64,000 nucleotides of DNA from contig NC_043012.1 of NCBI RefSeq assembly GCF_006345805.1, positions 33,604,001-33,668,000 of the forward strand. Direction: 5' to 3'. The stretch is from Octopus sinensis. Taxonomy: Eukaryota. Made by a program: the position numbers and the translations under genes. Shown piece by piece: positions 1-13,037 of this stretch (within the stretch, counting starts at the first letter, position 1; every line of letters starts with the position of its first letter). The notes under the pieces were generated by a model. It saw nothing but the letters and a program-made list of their open reading frames with translations. It ran no database searches and was not told the DNA's origin.

Positions 1-10
1 TGTGTGTGTA

Positions 11-223
11 AGGGGCTAAACATAGAGGTGACAAACAAGGACAGACAAACGGATTAAGTCGATTACATCGACCCCAGTGCGTAACTGGTACTTAATTTAT
101 CGACCTCGAAAGGATGAAAGGTAAAGTCGACCTCAGCGGAATTTGAATTCAGAACGTAGCGGCAGACGAAATACCGCTAAGCATTTCGCCCGGTGTGCTA
201 ACGTTTCTGCCAGCTCGCCGCCT
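11..223 (-). mobile_element. tRNA-derived SINE, type A (central domain resembles Meta/MESC)
   Basis: Minus strand reads AGGCGGCGAGCTGGCAGAAACGTTAGCA (A-box-like)...TTCAAATTCC (B-box-like)...GTCGACTTTACCTTTCATCCTTTCGAGGTCGATAAATTAAGTACCAG; more than 10 similar copies in the window. The superfamily name is from memory. Confidence 0.85.
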
Positions 224-829
224 CATTCACATGAAATATAAACGAGCCTTACCAACAGTGGCCAACACACAGGCAGTGTAACTCTGACATGCACTTTGTC
301 TCACTGTTTAATGTGAATTAGTGGAGAGCATTATCGGATATTTATTGATAGTAATTTTAATGTATTATAAAGCTGAACCTACATAGTATAACCTTAATGG
401 TTCTATGAGAGTACATACCTACACTGAACATCAAAACTACGTAAAGACGTACCTGCCTAACATCAAACAGTAGACAACGACTGATTTCTACGCAGAAATC
501 CACGTATTAAAGATAATTAAATGTACCACTTTTGTAATGAAATGCAATCGTTTACTCTTCATACTTTATAATAAATAATAAATATTTATAGTTTTGACCT
601 AGATAGGCACTGCTTGATACACCATACATTCATATATATCTTACAGAATCAGATATATCTGTGTGTGTGTGTGTGTATGAGTGTGTGTGTAAAATATGGG
701 GCTTGTACATATAAATGTATGCTTATACTTATTATATTAATATGTATGTGTATATATAATATATGTGTGTCTATGGATATGCATGTATGTATATGTGTGT
801 CCATGGGTGTATGTGTGTGTATGTATCTT

Positions 830-873
<44 letters not shown>

Positions 874-1803
874 CAAAGTACAATGACACAAATACAGATA
901 TGTCAATATAAATTACGTTACACGTGAGTGACCGCGGTTTCTTATACACACATGCACGCACACACATATTCACACACACACATACATACACATTCACACA
1001 CATACATACACATACACACACAGTCATGCTACAAACACACTACATACAAACATACGCGTATATTATTACACAGTTATAGACTGAATAAATTATTTAAGAT
1101 TAATGATAATGAGAAGGCCAAAAATAATTTCTGTGAAGTCCTCTTCCTTAAAAAAAACCAAAAAACAGAAAAGAAAATGAAACAAAAAAATTAACAACAA
1201 ACAAGTAAAAAAGCCTTCACCTCCCCAAATCTATTCCACGTGACAAAAAATATTTGAATGTTTAAATTATTTTTGACGATTGAGGTATAAATGGTCAAAG
1301 GTTACATCAACTCATTGATACAGTTTCTAAAATTTGAATATGCAAATGTAAACAAATGTGACTGAATATACACGCAGGAGCGCGCCCATACACACACACA
1401 CACGCGCACACACGCGCTAAAACACACACACACATAGCACACACACACACATACACACACATAAATGCATATGTAACACGCACACGCAAGCTTGCTTTAG
1501 CGCCAGTATATACAGGATCGGTCATCCAAGAAAATTGGCGGGAAACTATCAGCAGAAGTTCCCAAGTATTTATGTGTGTTCGCGTGCGCGCGTCTGTGGT
1601 GTGTGTGTGTGTGTGTGTGTGTGTGTGCCAGAGAGAAAGAAAATGAAAGAGAAAGAGGGAGAGAACTAGCGTTTCACATTTAAAGAGATCAGTGTTATAG
1701 ACTAACGTAGATAAGTGAAGAATGAACCATTATTGACCTAGGTTATATTTAACTTAATATCATCTGGTGTATGTGTGTGTCTGTGTAGATATATATATAT
1801 ATG

Positions 1804-1851
<48 letters not shown>

Positions 1852-2364
1852 AGTACATATATATGTATATCTTTGGACGATAATTGACGAGGGAAGAGAA
1901 ACATCCATGTCTTGTGTGTGAATTTTCCATTTGTTCCGTTGTTGTGTTTCTGTTTAAATTTTGGAACTATATATATATGTGTGTGTGTGTGTGTGTATAT
2001 GCGTGTGTATATATATATATGTGTGTATATATATATATATCAAAAAGGCAAAGAATGAAACAGCTAAAGCACGGACTACGGCTGTTTCATAGCAAGGTAT
2101 GTTTTTACGTAAGTCGTAACATACACAAAACAGCGACATGGGTTTATGGTCTCTGCTCGATGCAAAAACTTTCATGCATGTGCAAGAAGGGCGCGGTCAC
2201 CTGACATCTAAAGGATTTTTCGCACGCGATGATAGTTTTGCCGGGAAAAAATAAAGTTAGATACCTATAAAATATAAAGTCAGATACCAGCACAGATGAT
2301 TTGTTTATAGTGTCCAAACGTAGGTGCCAACATTAGGTCATTCCCTCCATGAAATCGACATTGT

Positions 2365-2517
2365 TTGAACAGGTGCACGGTGTATCACATGTCAGGTGTC
2401 GAGGTGATTGTAGAGCAACGAGAGATGAAGTGTTCTTGCCAAGAACATAACGCACCACCCGATCTAGGGATTGAAACCACGTTCTCGCAATCGTGAGCAC
2501 AACACCCTAACCATTAG
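2365..2517 (-). mobile_element. degenerate tRNA-derived SINE 5' fragment
   Basis: Minus strand CCTAATGGTTAGGGTGTTG...GGTTTCAATCCC...TGTTCTTGGCAAGAACAC; resembles the head of the SINE at 53450. Confidence 0.6.
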
Positions 2518-2731
2518 GGATGCTGAAAAGTTCCTGGCTTTAAGAGAATCGCGAAAGTCCTGGCTGGGGGCTCAGTCTTCTGAGTTCTTTTACAGGGCTT
2601 AGAAAAACTGAAATATCACTGCAATATGTGCGTGAATCTGAGAGGCGAATATGTTGAATAAACATCATAACTGACTGATACCCCGATATTTTTTTTCGTT
2701 TACTCAAAACCGGGAACTGTTCAGCACCCCT
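2516..2731 (+). mobile_element. non-autonomous Tc1/Mariner element with transposase C-terminal remnant
   Basis: Imperfect TIRs AGGGATGCTGAAAAGTTCCTGGCTTT (2516-2541) and AAACCGGGAACTGTTCAGCACCCCT (2707-2731). An internal frame reads GLEKLKYHCNMCVNLRGEYVE*, matching the mariner C-terminal pattern. Confidence 0.8.
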
Positions 2732-2829
2732 TTACATATACATCATATATAAACAAAATTGATGCAGAATCAATTGTAACTGATCACTAAAGATATTTTC
2801 AATTATTTCTATGACTTATTATTTGGCTT

Positions 2830-3065
2830 GGTGTGTGTGTGTGTGTGTGTTTTACGAGTGTGCTTGTCTGCCACTACCATTTGACAACCGGTGCTGGTGT
2901 ATTTACGTCCACATAAACTTAGCAGTTCAGTAAAAAGCGACTGATAGAATAAGTAGTAGGCTTTACAAAAAATTAGATGTTCTGGGGTCGATAAATTCGT
3001 CTAAAATTCTTCAAGGCGCTGCTCCAGCATGGCTGCAGTCTAATAACTGAAATAAGTAAAAGATT
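2830..3065 (+). mobile_element. SINE type B (CORE-like), 3' half
   Basis: TTGACAACCGGTGCTGGTGTATTTACGTCC...GCTCCAGCATGGCTGCAGTC...ACTGAAATAAGTAAAAGA matches the reverse complement of the copy at 33309-33710. Confidence 0.7.
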
Positions 3066-3289
3066 ATAAGATTATTATCACTATTGTTTTATTTCTCAGA
3101 ACGCTTGGTCTTAATTGCTCTGGTTGATTCTACGAGAGTGGACAGAAGCCGGCTGTTCGAGGTCTCACAGAGCCTCTTTCCGCACATTATGAGGTTTGAT
3201 AATTGAATGTTAATTATCATGGAAGACATGTTATAACTAGGGTGCTATATATTTGGTTTTGTACACAGTGTTGTTCAAGAGAATGTTTA

Positions 3290-3990
3290 AGAAACCATAA
3301 GAAAAGTGTGTGTTTGTTTTAAAATTTGAGATTATATAGAAAGTATTTTGCGTAGGATATGGGCAGTTCCCATGAGCACTATCTTTTGAATTTCTGCCAT
3401 TTTGTGATTTCCTTGCATCTGAGCTAGGTAGCTATCAGCTCCTTTTGCTATCATTCCCAGGGCACCTATGACGACAGGTATTTTTTTAGTCTTTAGGTTC
3501 CACATTTTGCTAATTTCTATTTCAAGATGTTTATACTTGCTCAGTTTTTAGCAGGTCTTCAAAGATACATTTATGTCGATTGGGACAATAATACCAATGA
3601 GGAGGCATGATTTTTGTCTGAAGTCTTTCAATATGATGTCTGGCATATTCGCATCTATCTGTCTTTCAGTTTGAATGGTGAAGTTCTAGAGGTGTGTGAT
3701 GTGATCATTTTCAAGCACTGGAGGTGGTTTGTGTTCCCACAAGTTTTTATCATGGGGCAAGTCTAGTTTTTTGCAAATTACCCAGTGAATATATTGTGAA
3801 GCTCTATCATACCTGTTGAGATACTCTGTAGGCGCAAGAAGGCTGCACATGGAGACAACACGACCGGTGGTTTCATTTTGTTGTTTATATACACATGTTG
3901 GGCAGCTGCCGTTCTTTAATATGTTGGCTTGGTATTTCCTTGTAGGTAGGCATTGATCTTGAGCTGCTATGATAAACCCTTCTGTAGTGT
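3290..3990 (-). mobile_element. R4/Dong-like non-LTR retrotransposon 3' fragment (zinc knuckle plus restriction-like endonuclease), decayed
   Basis: ORF 3686-4024(-) contains TEGFIIAAQDQCLPTRKYQANI...C..C...YIHW...WEHKP; the PDII-type endonuclease motif follows a stop; close match to 15460-16055. Confidence 0.8.
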
Positions 3991-4135
3991 CAACAACAAC
4001 TACAACAGCAACAATACAGTACAAGAAAAGTATGAAGTTACTTTTCCGCTGCTAAAAATTTCAACACCACCATCACCACCACAAGAACAGCAAAAGAGAA
4101 CAACGTCAACAGAAAGCTACACCAGCAAAAGCAAG

Positions 4136-4509
4136 TGGAGGCGCAATGGCGCAGTGGTTTGGGCAGTGGACTCGCGGTCGGATCGCGGTTTCGATTCCTA
4201 GACCGGGCGTTGTGTGTGTTTATTGAGCGAAAGCACCTAAAGCTCCACCAGGCTCCGGCAGGTGGTGGTGGCGACCCCTGTTGTACTCTTTCGCTCCAAC
4301 TTTCTCTCACTCTTTCTTCCTGTTTCTTCCTACGCAACCACTGAGCCTGGATGCGCATCCATCCATCCGTCGATGCTCTCGGTGTCGGGGAATTGATCTG
4401 CTTTCTCTTCTACGGGTCTTACGAATAGCAAAGGATCACGTTGCGGACTTCTCCCATCTTGCGAGCTCTGTGATGAAGACCGTTCGCTCAACAGCAACAG
4501 CAACAGCGG
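4136..4509 (+). mobile_element. full-length tRNA-derived SINE, type C
   Basis: Head GGAGGCGCAATGGCGCAGTGG...GGTTTCGATTCC; CAACAG-repeat tail; 16-bp TSD CAC(C/T)AGCAAAAGCAAG at 4120-4135 and 4510-4525. Confidence 0.8.
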
Positions 4510-4879
4510 CACTAGCAAAAGCAAGAACACTCCCATCTCCAACAAGTACACCAGCTCCACTACAACCGCCATCCCCAACACAAACATTAGTGAAACAGAA
4601 ACAGCGGACGTTGTTATTTCCAAACAAAATGGAATCGGTTTCGCACAAGCATACCGTCGACTGGAGAAGGTTGGCTCGTCGGGAAAAAAAAACAAAAAAC
4701 GTTAAGTGACGCCAAAGTGCACTTAACAAAAATGACAGAATAATATTTCGAAACACGTCAAAGAGAATACAAAAGATACAAGAAGAAGAAAAAACCTTTA
4801 TCTACAAGAGTATTTCATCAAAAACCATGAGACTAGAGCGAGCGACGCAGGCCCACACTGAAAAATGCGTAATACCAGT

Positions 4880-6080
4880 CTGGGGAATAAGATCTTATGT
4901 CGCCAGTGCACAATTGAGGCGAGATTCCCAACTGTAGAAAAAGCCCAAAGAAAGTGCAACCAGCCCTGAAAAGAAAGGAATTGTGGCTAATTCCGATATA
5001 GCTTGGTCGGAGAGTGGTTCGAATAAAGGAGCGAACAATTTTTTTGCTGTCTTGCCCCTGTTAACGTGTGACCTAAGCGTTTTCCGTGGAAGGGACGCAT
5101 TCCCGTTGCACTGGTTAGGCATTCCATCTACTGTCAACACCCGTGGCTGCTGATGCGCAGACATGCGCTAAGGCTGCGACATCTCCAGCACTTCCATTGA
5201 CGGTGAAGCAGGTGTAGTCACCGTTTGTCAGACAGGATTTTTCACAGCTGCAGTCCTAGATCAAGTGTAGACCGAGGCACCTAGAGTATCCTCAGGTGCA
5301 CGCAGTCCTCTGTCAGTCAGGCAATGCGGTCGGTGGAAGTTCCACTTTGGCGTTCTATGGAGGGTTAGTGGCAGGCAAGTGCGACGATGTTCTCGTGAAG
5401 ACTGGGCGTCAATGAGAAACAACTGACTGATCTGTTTCGGAGGAGTTTCAGACCGGGGCCCATAGAGAATTTCCACCGTGGAGAATTGCCGGTTCTCTAC
5501 AGGCATGGAAGTGCCGTTAGCCGAGCTTGTCCGAGGTGCATGCAAAGCGACGAATTTATTCTGCAAGATTCCGTCCCGTGTTCGAGCATTGCCGCTTGTG
5601 GCTTTATGTCGAACATCTGATGTCATGTTGTAGGATGGGTACATCTATCGGCTGAATCGATTGTGAAAATCGTTCTGCCGCCTTCCTTTGCCGGTAATGG
5701 TAGGCAGTGTTTGTTTGTCTGGTGTCTTAGCGAAAGATGTTGTGCGATGCGCCTGATTGAAAGGGCTGAAGGCAGACTTAAAAAGGAAGGTGATGTCTGA
5801 GAGGGAAGTGCTGCCTCATAGCAATCTTATTGAAAGGTGAGTGAATGTGGAAAGAATGGTCCAAGAGGACGGGCCTACTCTTAGCATGCGGGATCTTGTG
5901 GGGTCTCTACGAGCAGCCCTTGGAAGTCTTCCACTTTTCAGGGAAATGTTCGTATTTAAGATTTATACACTTATTGTTTTTGATTGTTTATACGCTTCTA
6001 TTTATGTAACCCCACATTGTATTGTCATGTGCCGTCCCCAATGTCTTTTGTGAACCCTTAGTTGTGAATAATGAAAACAT
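4880..6080 (+). mobile_element. decayed L1/Tx1-like LINE, ORF2 3' end
   Basis: GC-richer block with broken frames; zinc-knuckle start CPRCMQSDE at 5528; ends in a T-rich 3' UTR-like stretch with AATAA near 6068. Confidence 0.5.
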
Positions 6081-6439
6081 TATTATTGTTATTGTTGTTG
6101 GTGGTGGTGTCGTCACCGTCATCGTCATAATCGTCGTCCTTCTTGCTCTTGTTATATTAAAAAGAAATAAGTAGTTGTTCGTCTTTCTAAGACATTTCTG
6201 TTCAAAATAAAAGAAACAAATAAAATAAACAAATTAAACAAATAAATAGATGAAAGAAGAACCAGCCTGCTAAAATAATTAGCGGTGTTTTAAAGGTATA
6301 GAGTTACAAACGTAAAGTGGAGTTTTACTCTTCACTCAACATTACAAGTTTAATGTAAGGTGACATTACGCACCGAGAATCAATCCTAATGTTGTCAGTC
6401 ACATAATTCAGTGTTGCTTAAAGGACGAGGCGCTTAGCG

Positions 6440-6476
6440 CACACGCATACACACACACACACACACACAGAACAAT

Positions 6477-6507
<31 letters not shown>

Positions 6508-6576
6508 CTGTGTGTGTGTGTGTATGTGTGAGTGTACGTGATTGTATGTGTGTGTATCAATCTATCTATCTAATCA

Positions 6577-6650
<74 letters not shown>

Positions 6651-6815
6651 CTCTGTCAGTCTATCTATTTATCTTTTTACCTCTCCGTCTGTCCGTTTAC
6701 CTATCTATCTAGCTAGCTAGCTATGTATATATGTATGTCTGTATGTATGTGTGTGTATGCATGTATGTATGTATGTATGTATGTATGTATGTATGTATGT
6801 ATGCATGCATGTATG
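6440..6815. repeat. compound microsatellite (CA)n/(TA)n/(TCTA)n/(TATG)n
   Basis: Directly visible. Confidence 0.95.
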
Positions 6816-7033
6816 TAACTATATATGGATGACCATGATGGCAGTCTATGACATTGAGTTATCTATTGGATGTGTGTCACTTGCTTAAAAGTTCCATCGC
6901 CCCCACAACGTCCATTGCGCCTGTGCATGCAACAGTCGTGCCGGTTGCGTGTTTAGCTGCCATTGTATGCATCGTTGTTTATTTGGAAAAGGTTTATAAT
7001 TGAGGGGGTGTCGGATGTCAGCATATACAATAT

Positions 7034-7037
<4 letters not shown>

Positions 7038-7088
<51 letters not shown>

Positions 7089-7250
7089 TATTTAATATGT
7101 ATGTATATATGAATGGTGGTGTAGGCTGCATTTATTATAATTATGCATGTATCAGCAACGCGTTGTGTATGTATGCATGTATGTGTGTATATTATATAAT
7201 ATATCAAAATAGCAGCAAGGATATCCAGGAGTAAGGAATATATATATATC

Positions 7251-7310
<60 letters not shown>

Positions 7311-7393
7311 TATATATATATATGTATATATATATATTATATATATATTATATATATATATATATGTATGTATGTATATATTATATATATATG

Positions 7394-7464
<71 letters not shown>

Positions 7465-7566
7465 GTACATATATATATATCAGCGAGTGTGTATATGTGT
7501 CTGTCTGTGTATATGTATGTATGCATGTATGTAAACACAGACACACAACACACACACACACACACA
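7038..7566. repeat. long interrupted (TA)n microsatellite field
   Basis: Directly visible. Confidence 0.95.
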
Positions 7567-7984
7567 GGTATATAATTATGGGAGTTTCTGCAAAAATACT
7601 ATACATTATTTCGTAAATACACTCTTGCAATTGTATATCTATCATTGATTGATCTTTCTCTCCATATACCTACAAATGATTATTTACGTGCGTGCGTATG
7701 CCGTTGTGCAAAATCTCTTATATGTGTAAATGTGTGTGTGTATGTGTGGTGTGTGTGTTGTGTGTGTTTGTGATTGTTGTGTGCGTGCGCGCATATACAT
7801 ACTTACATCCAAACATTTTTCTCGTCTGAAATCGTGGATTGTTATATGATCTCATTCATTTTTACAAAAATTTTGTTTCGTCAAATATCAAAATGCCTAA
7901 TTACCAACATTATTTAGAAACACACACACACACACACGCAAACATATGTGTGTGTATATATATATATATGTGTATGTATATTCG

Positions 7985-8200
7985 TTCTTTTATTTCCTGC
8001 AGTCTTTTGATTGCGGCCATGCTGGAGTACCGCCTTTTAGTCGAATAAATCAACCCAATGACTCCTTATTTGTAAGCCTGGTACTTATTCAATCGATTTC
8101 TTTCACTGAACCGCTAAGTTGCGAGCACGTAAACACACCAACATCAGCTATCAAGCGATGGTGGGGAATCTTATAGAAAGACACACACATAAATATATAC
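7985..8200 (-). mobile_element. SINE type B, 3' half
   Basis: TTGATTGCGGCCATGCTGGAGTACCGCC...GAACCGCTAAGTT...GTAAACACACCAACATC is shared with other type B copies. Confidence 0.7.
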
Positions 8201-8306
8201 ATACATATATAAACACACATTCTTAAATATATATATGTACATATATAACACACACACATACATACATTACATACATACATACATACAACCACACAGGTAT
8301 ATATAA

Positions 8307-8348
<42 letters not shown>

Positions 8349-8510
8349 GTCGTATACTGTCAACTCAATGTGACAGTCCCGTAAGGGAATTACCTCACCG
8401 CCATTTAGCCCTAAAAAACATCGACGTTTCCTGTCGGCTTTGACACATTTTCTGCGTCCTTATATTTGCAAAGGGGAGGCAATCACCCCCGCAAGCCGGG
8501 ACAAAGCACA

Positions 8511-8552
8511 TGAAGACATATGTTTCTGAGTCTATTGCTCGTCATCAGTCCA
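8511..8552 (-). ncRNA. type I hammerhead ribozyme, canonical core
   Basis: Minus strand: UGGA [CUGAUGA] C-GAG-caauaga-CUC-A [GAA] ACAUAUGU C^ UUCA; stem I UGGA/UUCA, palindromic stem III, GUC cleavage triplet. Confidence 0.7.
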
Positions 8553-9054
8553 GGGTAGTCAGTCTCGCTCGCTGAGATGACTGCAACCTCTCTGCAAATA
8601 TATTCATATTATCAGTAAAATTTATTTACTGATCACCGAAATTAGAAATATTGAATTTCTAATGTTACTGTGTTTACGTCCCTGTAATCTAGCGGTTCGT
8701 CGAAAACGGCCGATAGAATAAGTACTCGACTAAAGGCGGTGCTCAAGCATGGGCGCAGTCAAATGACTGAAACAAATAAAAAAATAAAAAGATAAAAAGG
8801 ATATATGTGTATAAATAAATATGTAAATATATATATATATATATACATATATATAAGTATAACCAATGTGTTTCTAAAGAAATGTATTTATATAAATAAA
8901 TCTTAGACTTATGCATTTACGCACACATATACACTCAATTATACAGGTATCTGCACACATACCAATGTTATTTCTTGTGACGAGGTCATCTTTTGTTTTA
9001 GCCCGGATTAGAAAGCAGAGACATTCAGCTTATCTTTTATCTGTATTTCTCCAC

Positions 9055-9105
<51 letters not shown>

Positions 9106-9354
9106 CTCTCTCCCTTCAAAGACATTTCACATGAACTAAAAGCAAAAACATAAACCAAAAATAAATAGAAATATACAAACATGTCATGTATATTCATACT
9201 TGTGGCTTCTGTCTGTAATAAGTTCAGGCAAGCGTGTTCGTGCACTTTTAGGAATTTCGGTAAAAATACAGCGCGTGTGCGGACGCGCGCATGCGTATGA
9301 ATGTGTCTGATTATATATTCACGTTTACATATTTTCGAATGTACCTACATCTCT

Positions 9355-9574
9355 TTTCACTCTTTCTACTTGTTTCAGTCACTTTGACTGTGGCCATGCT
9401 GGAGCACCGCCTTTAGTCGAGCAAATCGACCTCAGGACTTATTCTTTGTAAGCCTAGTACTTATTCTATCGGTCTCTTTTGCCGAACCGCTATGTTAAGG
9501 CGACGTAAACAAATCAGCATCGGTTGTCAAGCGATGTTGGGGGGACAAACACAGACACCCAAACATATACATAC

Positions 9575-9655
<81 letters not shown>

Positions 9656-9656
9656 G

Positions 9657-9690
<34 letters not shown>

Positions 9691-9838
9691 TACATATACA
9701 TATATATATACATATATGTGACGGGCTTCTTTCAGTTTCTGTCTACCAAATCCACTCAGAAGGCTTTGGTCGGCCCGAAACTATAGTAGAAGACACTTGC
9801 CCAAGGTGCCACGCAGTGGGACTGAACCCGGAACCATG
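9355..9838 (-). mobile_element. SINE type B, near full length, with internal (TA)n expansion
   Basis: Minus-strand head ATGGTTCCGGGTTCAGTCCCACTGCGTGGCACCTTGGGCAAGTGTCTTC (B-box plus CORE-like ACCTTGGGCAAGT); tail ...ACTGAAACAAGTAGAAAGAG. Confidence 0.85.
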
Positions 9839-10395
9839 AGTGTATATATTTATAAATGTGCGTGCTCGTGCGTGTATGTGCGTGCGTGTGTGTGTTTGTG
9901 TATTCGTGTGTGAGTACACGTACATACGTACGTAATGATGTGTGAGTTGAGAAGCACACAGTAAAGTACTCTGTACAGAAATAATGTATTTGTTATGGTG
10001 TTGAAATGTCGTAATTACTCCAGGTTCCTACTCCAAGTTTGCGCGACTTTCACTGATTGCGTAAGTGAAGTCAGTTATATGATCAGCGTTATTCGTGAAA
10101 CTTTGAGCCTTGTGAATGGATTTGGAGGACGGAAAATGAACGAAGCCCGTCGTGTGCGCACGAACATGTGAAAACGTGTGCGTGTGTTTGTGCGCGCGCT
10201 CGCGCGTGCGAGTGCCTGGTACTTGCTGTAACAATGCCTGCTATTTATCAACGAATGGTACCATAATACAATAAGCATTGTCGAAACTTGTGAACGTAGA
10301 AAATCTATCCCTCATGAAATTCTTTCCAACCTATGCAAACATGGAAAAATGGACGTTAAAACGGTGATTATGAAGGTGTAAATGAGTAAAAGTAC

Positions 10396-10436
<41 letters not shown>

Positions 10437-10525
10437 AAGGATTAAGATTCAGTTGAATTAGATACTTAAGTTGAGGCACCAAGTCAGTCCGGTATTAACT
10501 GCACAGCTTGAAGTAAGGTGAATAA

Positions 10526-11105
10526 AATCAAAATAAGCAAGAGAATGTCAAGTATTAATGCAATACGACCGTTTCAAGCGGCTCCATTTAAATTAACAAT
10601 GCAAGCATTACAGCAGTTTAAATACAATGCTGATTACGGAGTAGTAAGAAATTAAGGAATAGGAGAAACATCTGATAATACTTATTTCTAACCAGCAGCC
10701 AGTTCTGAACTGCCAACTCACAATGGTCTTTATTCTCAATAAATGCAGTCTACTAGCCTTAGATCTTTTGTTGAGGATAAGAACGTAGATAAAAGAATTA
10801 GAACTTAATTACAGTCCTATGACCCTCACTGTGTTCCATTCCATGCCACTCCAAAATTATAGTTGTTATCTTAGCTTATTCTTGCTGCAATCGTGACAAC
10901 ATTAAATTCTTTCATCCTCTAACTCTGATAAAACATTTGAGAGAAAATATATTAATATATCTTGTCTGTTGAAAATTCATATTTTTTGCAACTGAAGATG
11001 GCATTGTTTTTAAATTGATGTAATGTTTGCATTATTCAATTAAATGGAGCCGCTTGAAACGGTCGTATTGCACTAATACTCGACATCCTGTTACTTATTT
11101 TGATT
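10526..11105 (+). mobile_element. PLE-like remnant bounded by ~105-bp inverted repeats
   Basis: 10526-10630 is the imperfect reverse complement of 11001-11105; the terminus CTTATTTTGATT is shared with the elements at 58410(-) and 63935(+). Confidence 0.55.
10987..11072 (+). ncRNA. type I hammerhead-like motif with long stem II
   Basis: UGCAA [CUGAAGA] UGGC...GCC-GCUU [GAA] AC-G-GU C^ gua UUGCA; stem I has a 3-nt offset and stem III is minimal. Confidence 0.45.
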
Positions 11106-12239
11106 ATGCCTCTATGTATGTATGGTCTGTCAGATCACTTGAAACCAATACTAATAACAAGTAAACCCGTACAAACAGTCGCATGGTCAGATCATCAGCG
11201 GCTAAATTGGCAACTCCACTAAGCTTGGTTGGTGATATTGGTGATATTGGACACGCCATAAGACGAAGAAAATGGCCTGTGGAAGTGTTGTTCAATTATG
11301 TGCCTAGGAAAATTATCGGATGTTTGCATTTCATTCGAATTAGACATGAAATAATTAAAGTTCATCTCGACAGTTTCGAAGTTGGTGGCAGCAGTCCAAG
11401 TGTGGCGATTTGTTTTTATGCTCAGCTTAGAACTCCTAATGTAAGCCAAACATCTAGTATATTAGTGACAGAGGCAATATTAATACCAAGAGGTAATATT
11501 TATCCCTACTTAAACGTGGACGTTCTGTAAGAACAAACTATACTGCAATAAGTACCATGAGAGAAACGTTTAAGAGGGGGTAAATATTACCTCGCGGTAT
11601 TAATAATACTTTTGTCGCTAATAAGTATTTTTTAACAAGCTAATCGTGACACTGTTATTCTATATATCGCTGGCAGGAAGATGAATTGTTGCTATCTTAA
11701 GCAGTCAAGTATCTATCGTTGACAAGACCAAGGCAGGGTGAAATGACGTGATCCGGTGGTTTCGGGCGCTGGCGGTGGCAGAGATTTGTCTCCTCGTTAG
11801 CGATATAAACAAGGATGCATTTTGCACCAGAAGCCAATTTGACAGTTTCTCTGGTGGTGTCTACCACAGTATAGTTTGTTTTAACTGAATATCCATGTTT
11901 AACTGGCGATGGATATTATATCCTGTTACATGATACTACAAGGTCTGGAGATCCACTTCAACCGTTTCTTAATCCCTCACATTCTCATACAAGCTCAGTT
12001 GTCTTGATTTTATCTTGCCACTTTGGTGTATCGCGTGCCAACGTGATAATAAGTCTGATTGTTTGCGCAGTTCTTTCTCATAATGAAAACTAAAATAAAA
12101 ATTAGTTTAGCACCTGACTATTCTTGGCGCCTGTTGTTAAATCATAGCTTTTAGGCCTTTTGCTTATAGCAGAAAGGATTATTATTATTTATATTATTAG
12201 CTTCTTAGCCATGAATTATTCGCACCCATGTTTTCATAT

Positions 12240-12480
12240 GGCTCATGTACCCGCTGCGAACCCTGGTGTCGCCGCTTGTAACGGGAAGGAAATAAAAATA
12301 AATACAGGAGCCTGGCCGGCCACTATCAGTTTAGAGGTCGCCGTCGAAACGCCAGGTTTTCTAGGACCCTTAAAGGCTACATCGACCTGTCGGAGAAATT
12401 AGCCTCGCGAGGTGAAGTGGCTGCAGCAGCGAGTGTCGCTGGCTATTCTCCGCGGCAACGCCATCACGATATATCCTGGA
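12240..12480 (+). mobile_element. CRE-like non-LTR retrotransposon C-terminal remnant
   Basis: Frames read VAVETPGFLGP and WLQQRVSLAILRGNA, matching the P.A.ET.G..G and QRLS.A.QRGNA motifs of CRE-type endonuclease C-termini. Confidence 0.6.
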
Positions 12481-12668
12481 ACATATCTTGTTCCAGGATA
12501 TGTGGCCCGTTGCGCCCCCTCCCCGTCTTCCGCTGCTTTGCTCCCGACGCCCACGCTTTGTTTCTGTTTTTATTTTCCCCCTTTTCTTTCTTTTCTTTCC
12601 TCATCCCTCTTCTTACCCGTTTCTGTGTATCTGTGAATCTTTCAAATTTAGCACTTCGAATAGACAAA

Positions 12669-13037
12669 TCTTTCTCTATATAAACGGCAAAATGTCTCTG
12701 TCTGTGTGTGTGTCCTTTATACAAATCCACAATTTTTCAGTTAGAGGGCTCGCACTTTCTACGGTCATTGAAAACCGTCCAAGGGTGGTCGTGCACATCT
12801 TATATTTCCCCAGTCACTCCGCAAAGCCATTAAAACATCAATAGAAGTGAGTTTTTTGTGAATTTTCTATTCAAAACCCAATCAAAATGCCCGAAACTTG
12901 ATACGCCAATTGAATGCCAGCTAGCTGTATGTGATTGGTCGGAGACAGGGACAGTACTCGCGTGTATGTGCGCACGCATGCAGCTGTATATGCATGCACT
13001 CGCACTATGACCCGGTAACGCCGGGTCATAGTGCTAG
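12669..13037 (+). mobile_element. non-autonomous Helitron, family H1 copy 1
   Basis: 5' TC after A, 3' CTAG before T, no TSD; 14-bp stem GCACTATGACCCGG/CCGGGTCATAGTGC at 13002-13034; similar copies at 28750 and 40205. Confidence 0.85.

Noticed and set aside
11140-12100. Possible decayed non-LTR coding sequence
   Set aside because: No recognisable RT or endonuclease motif in the frames provided.
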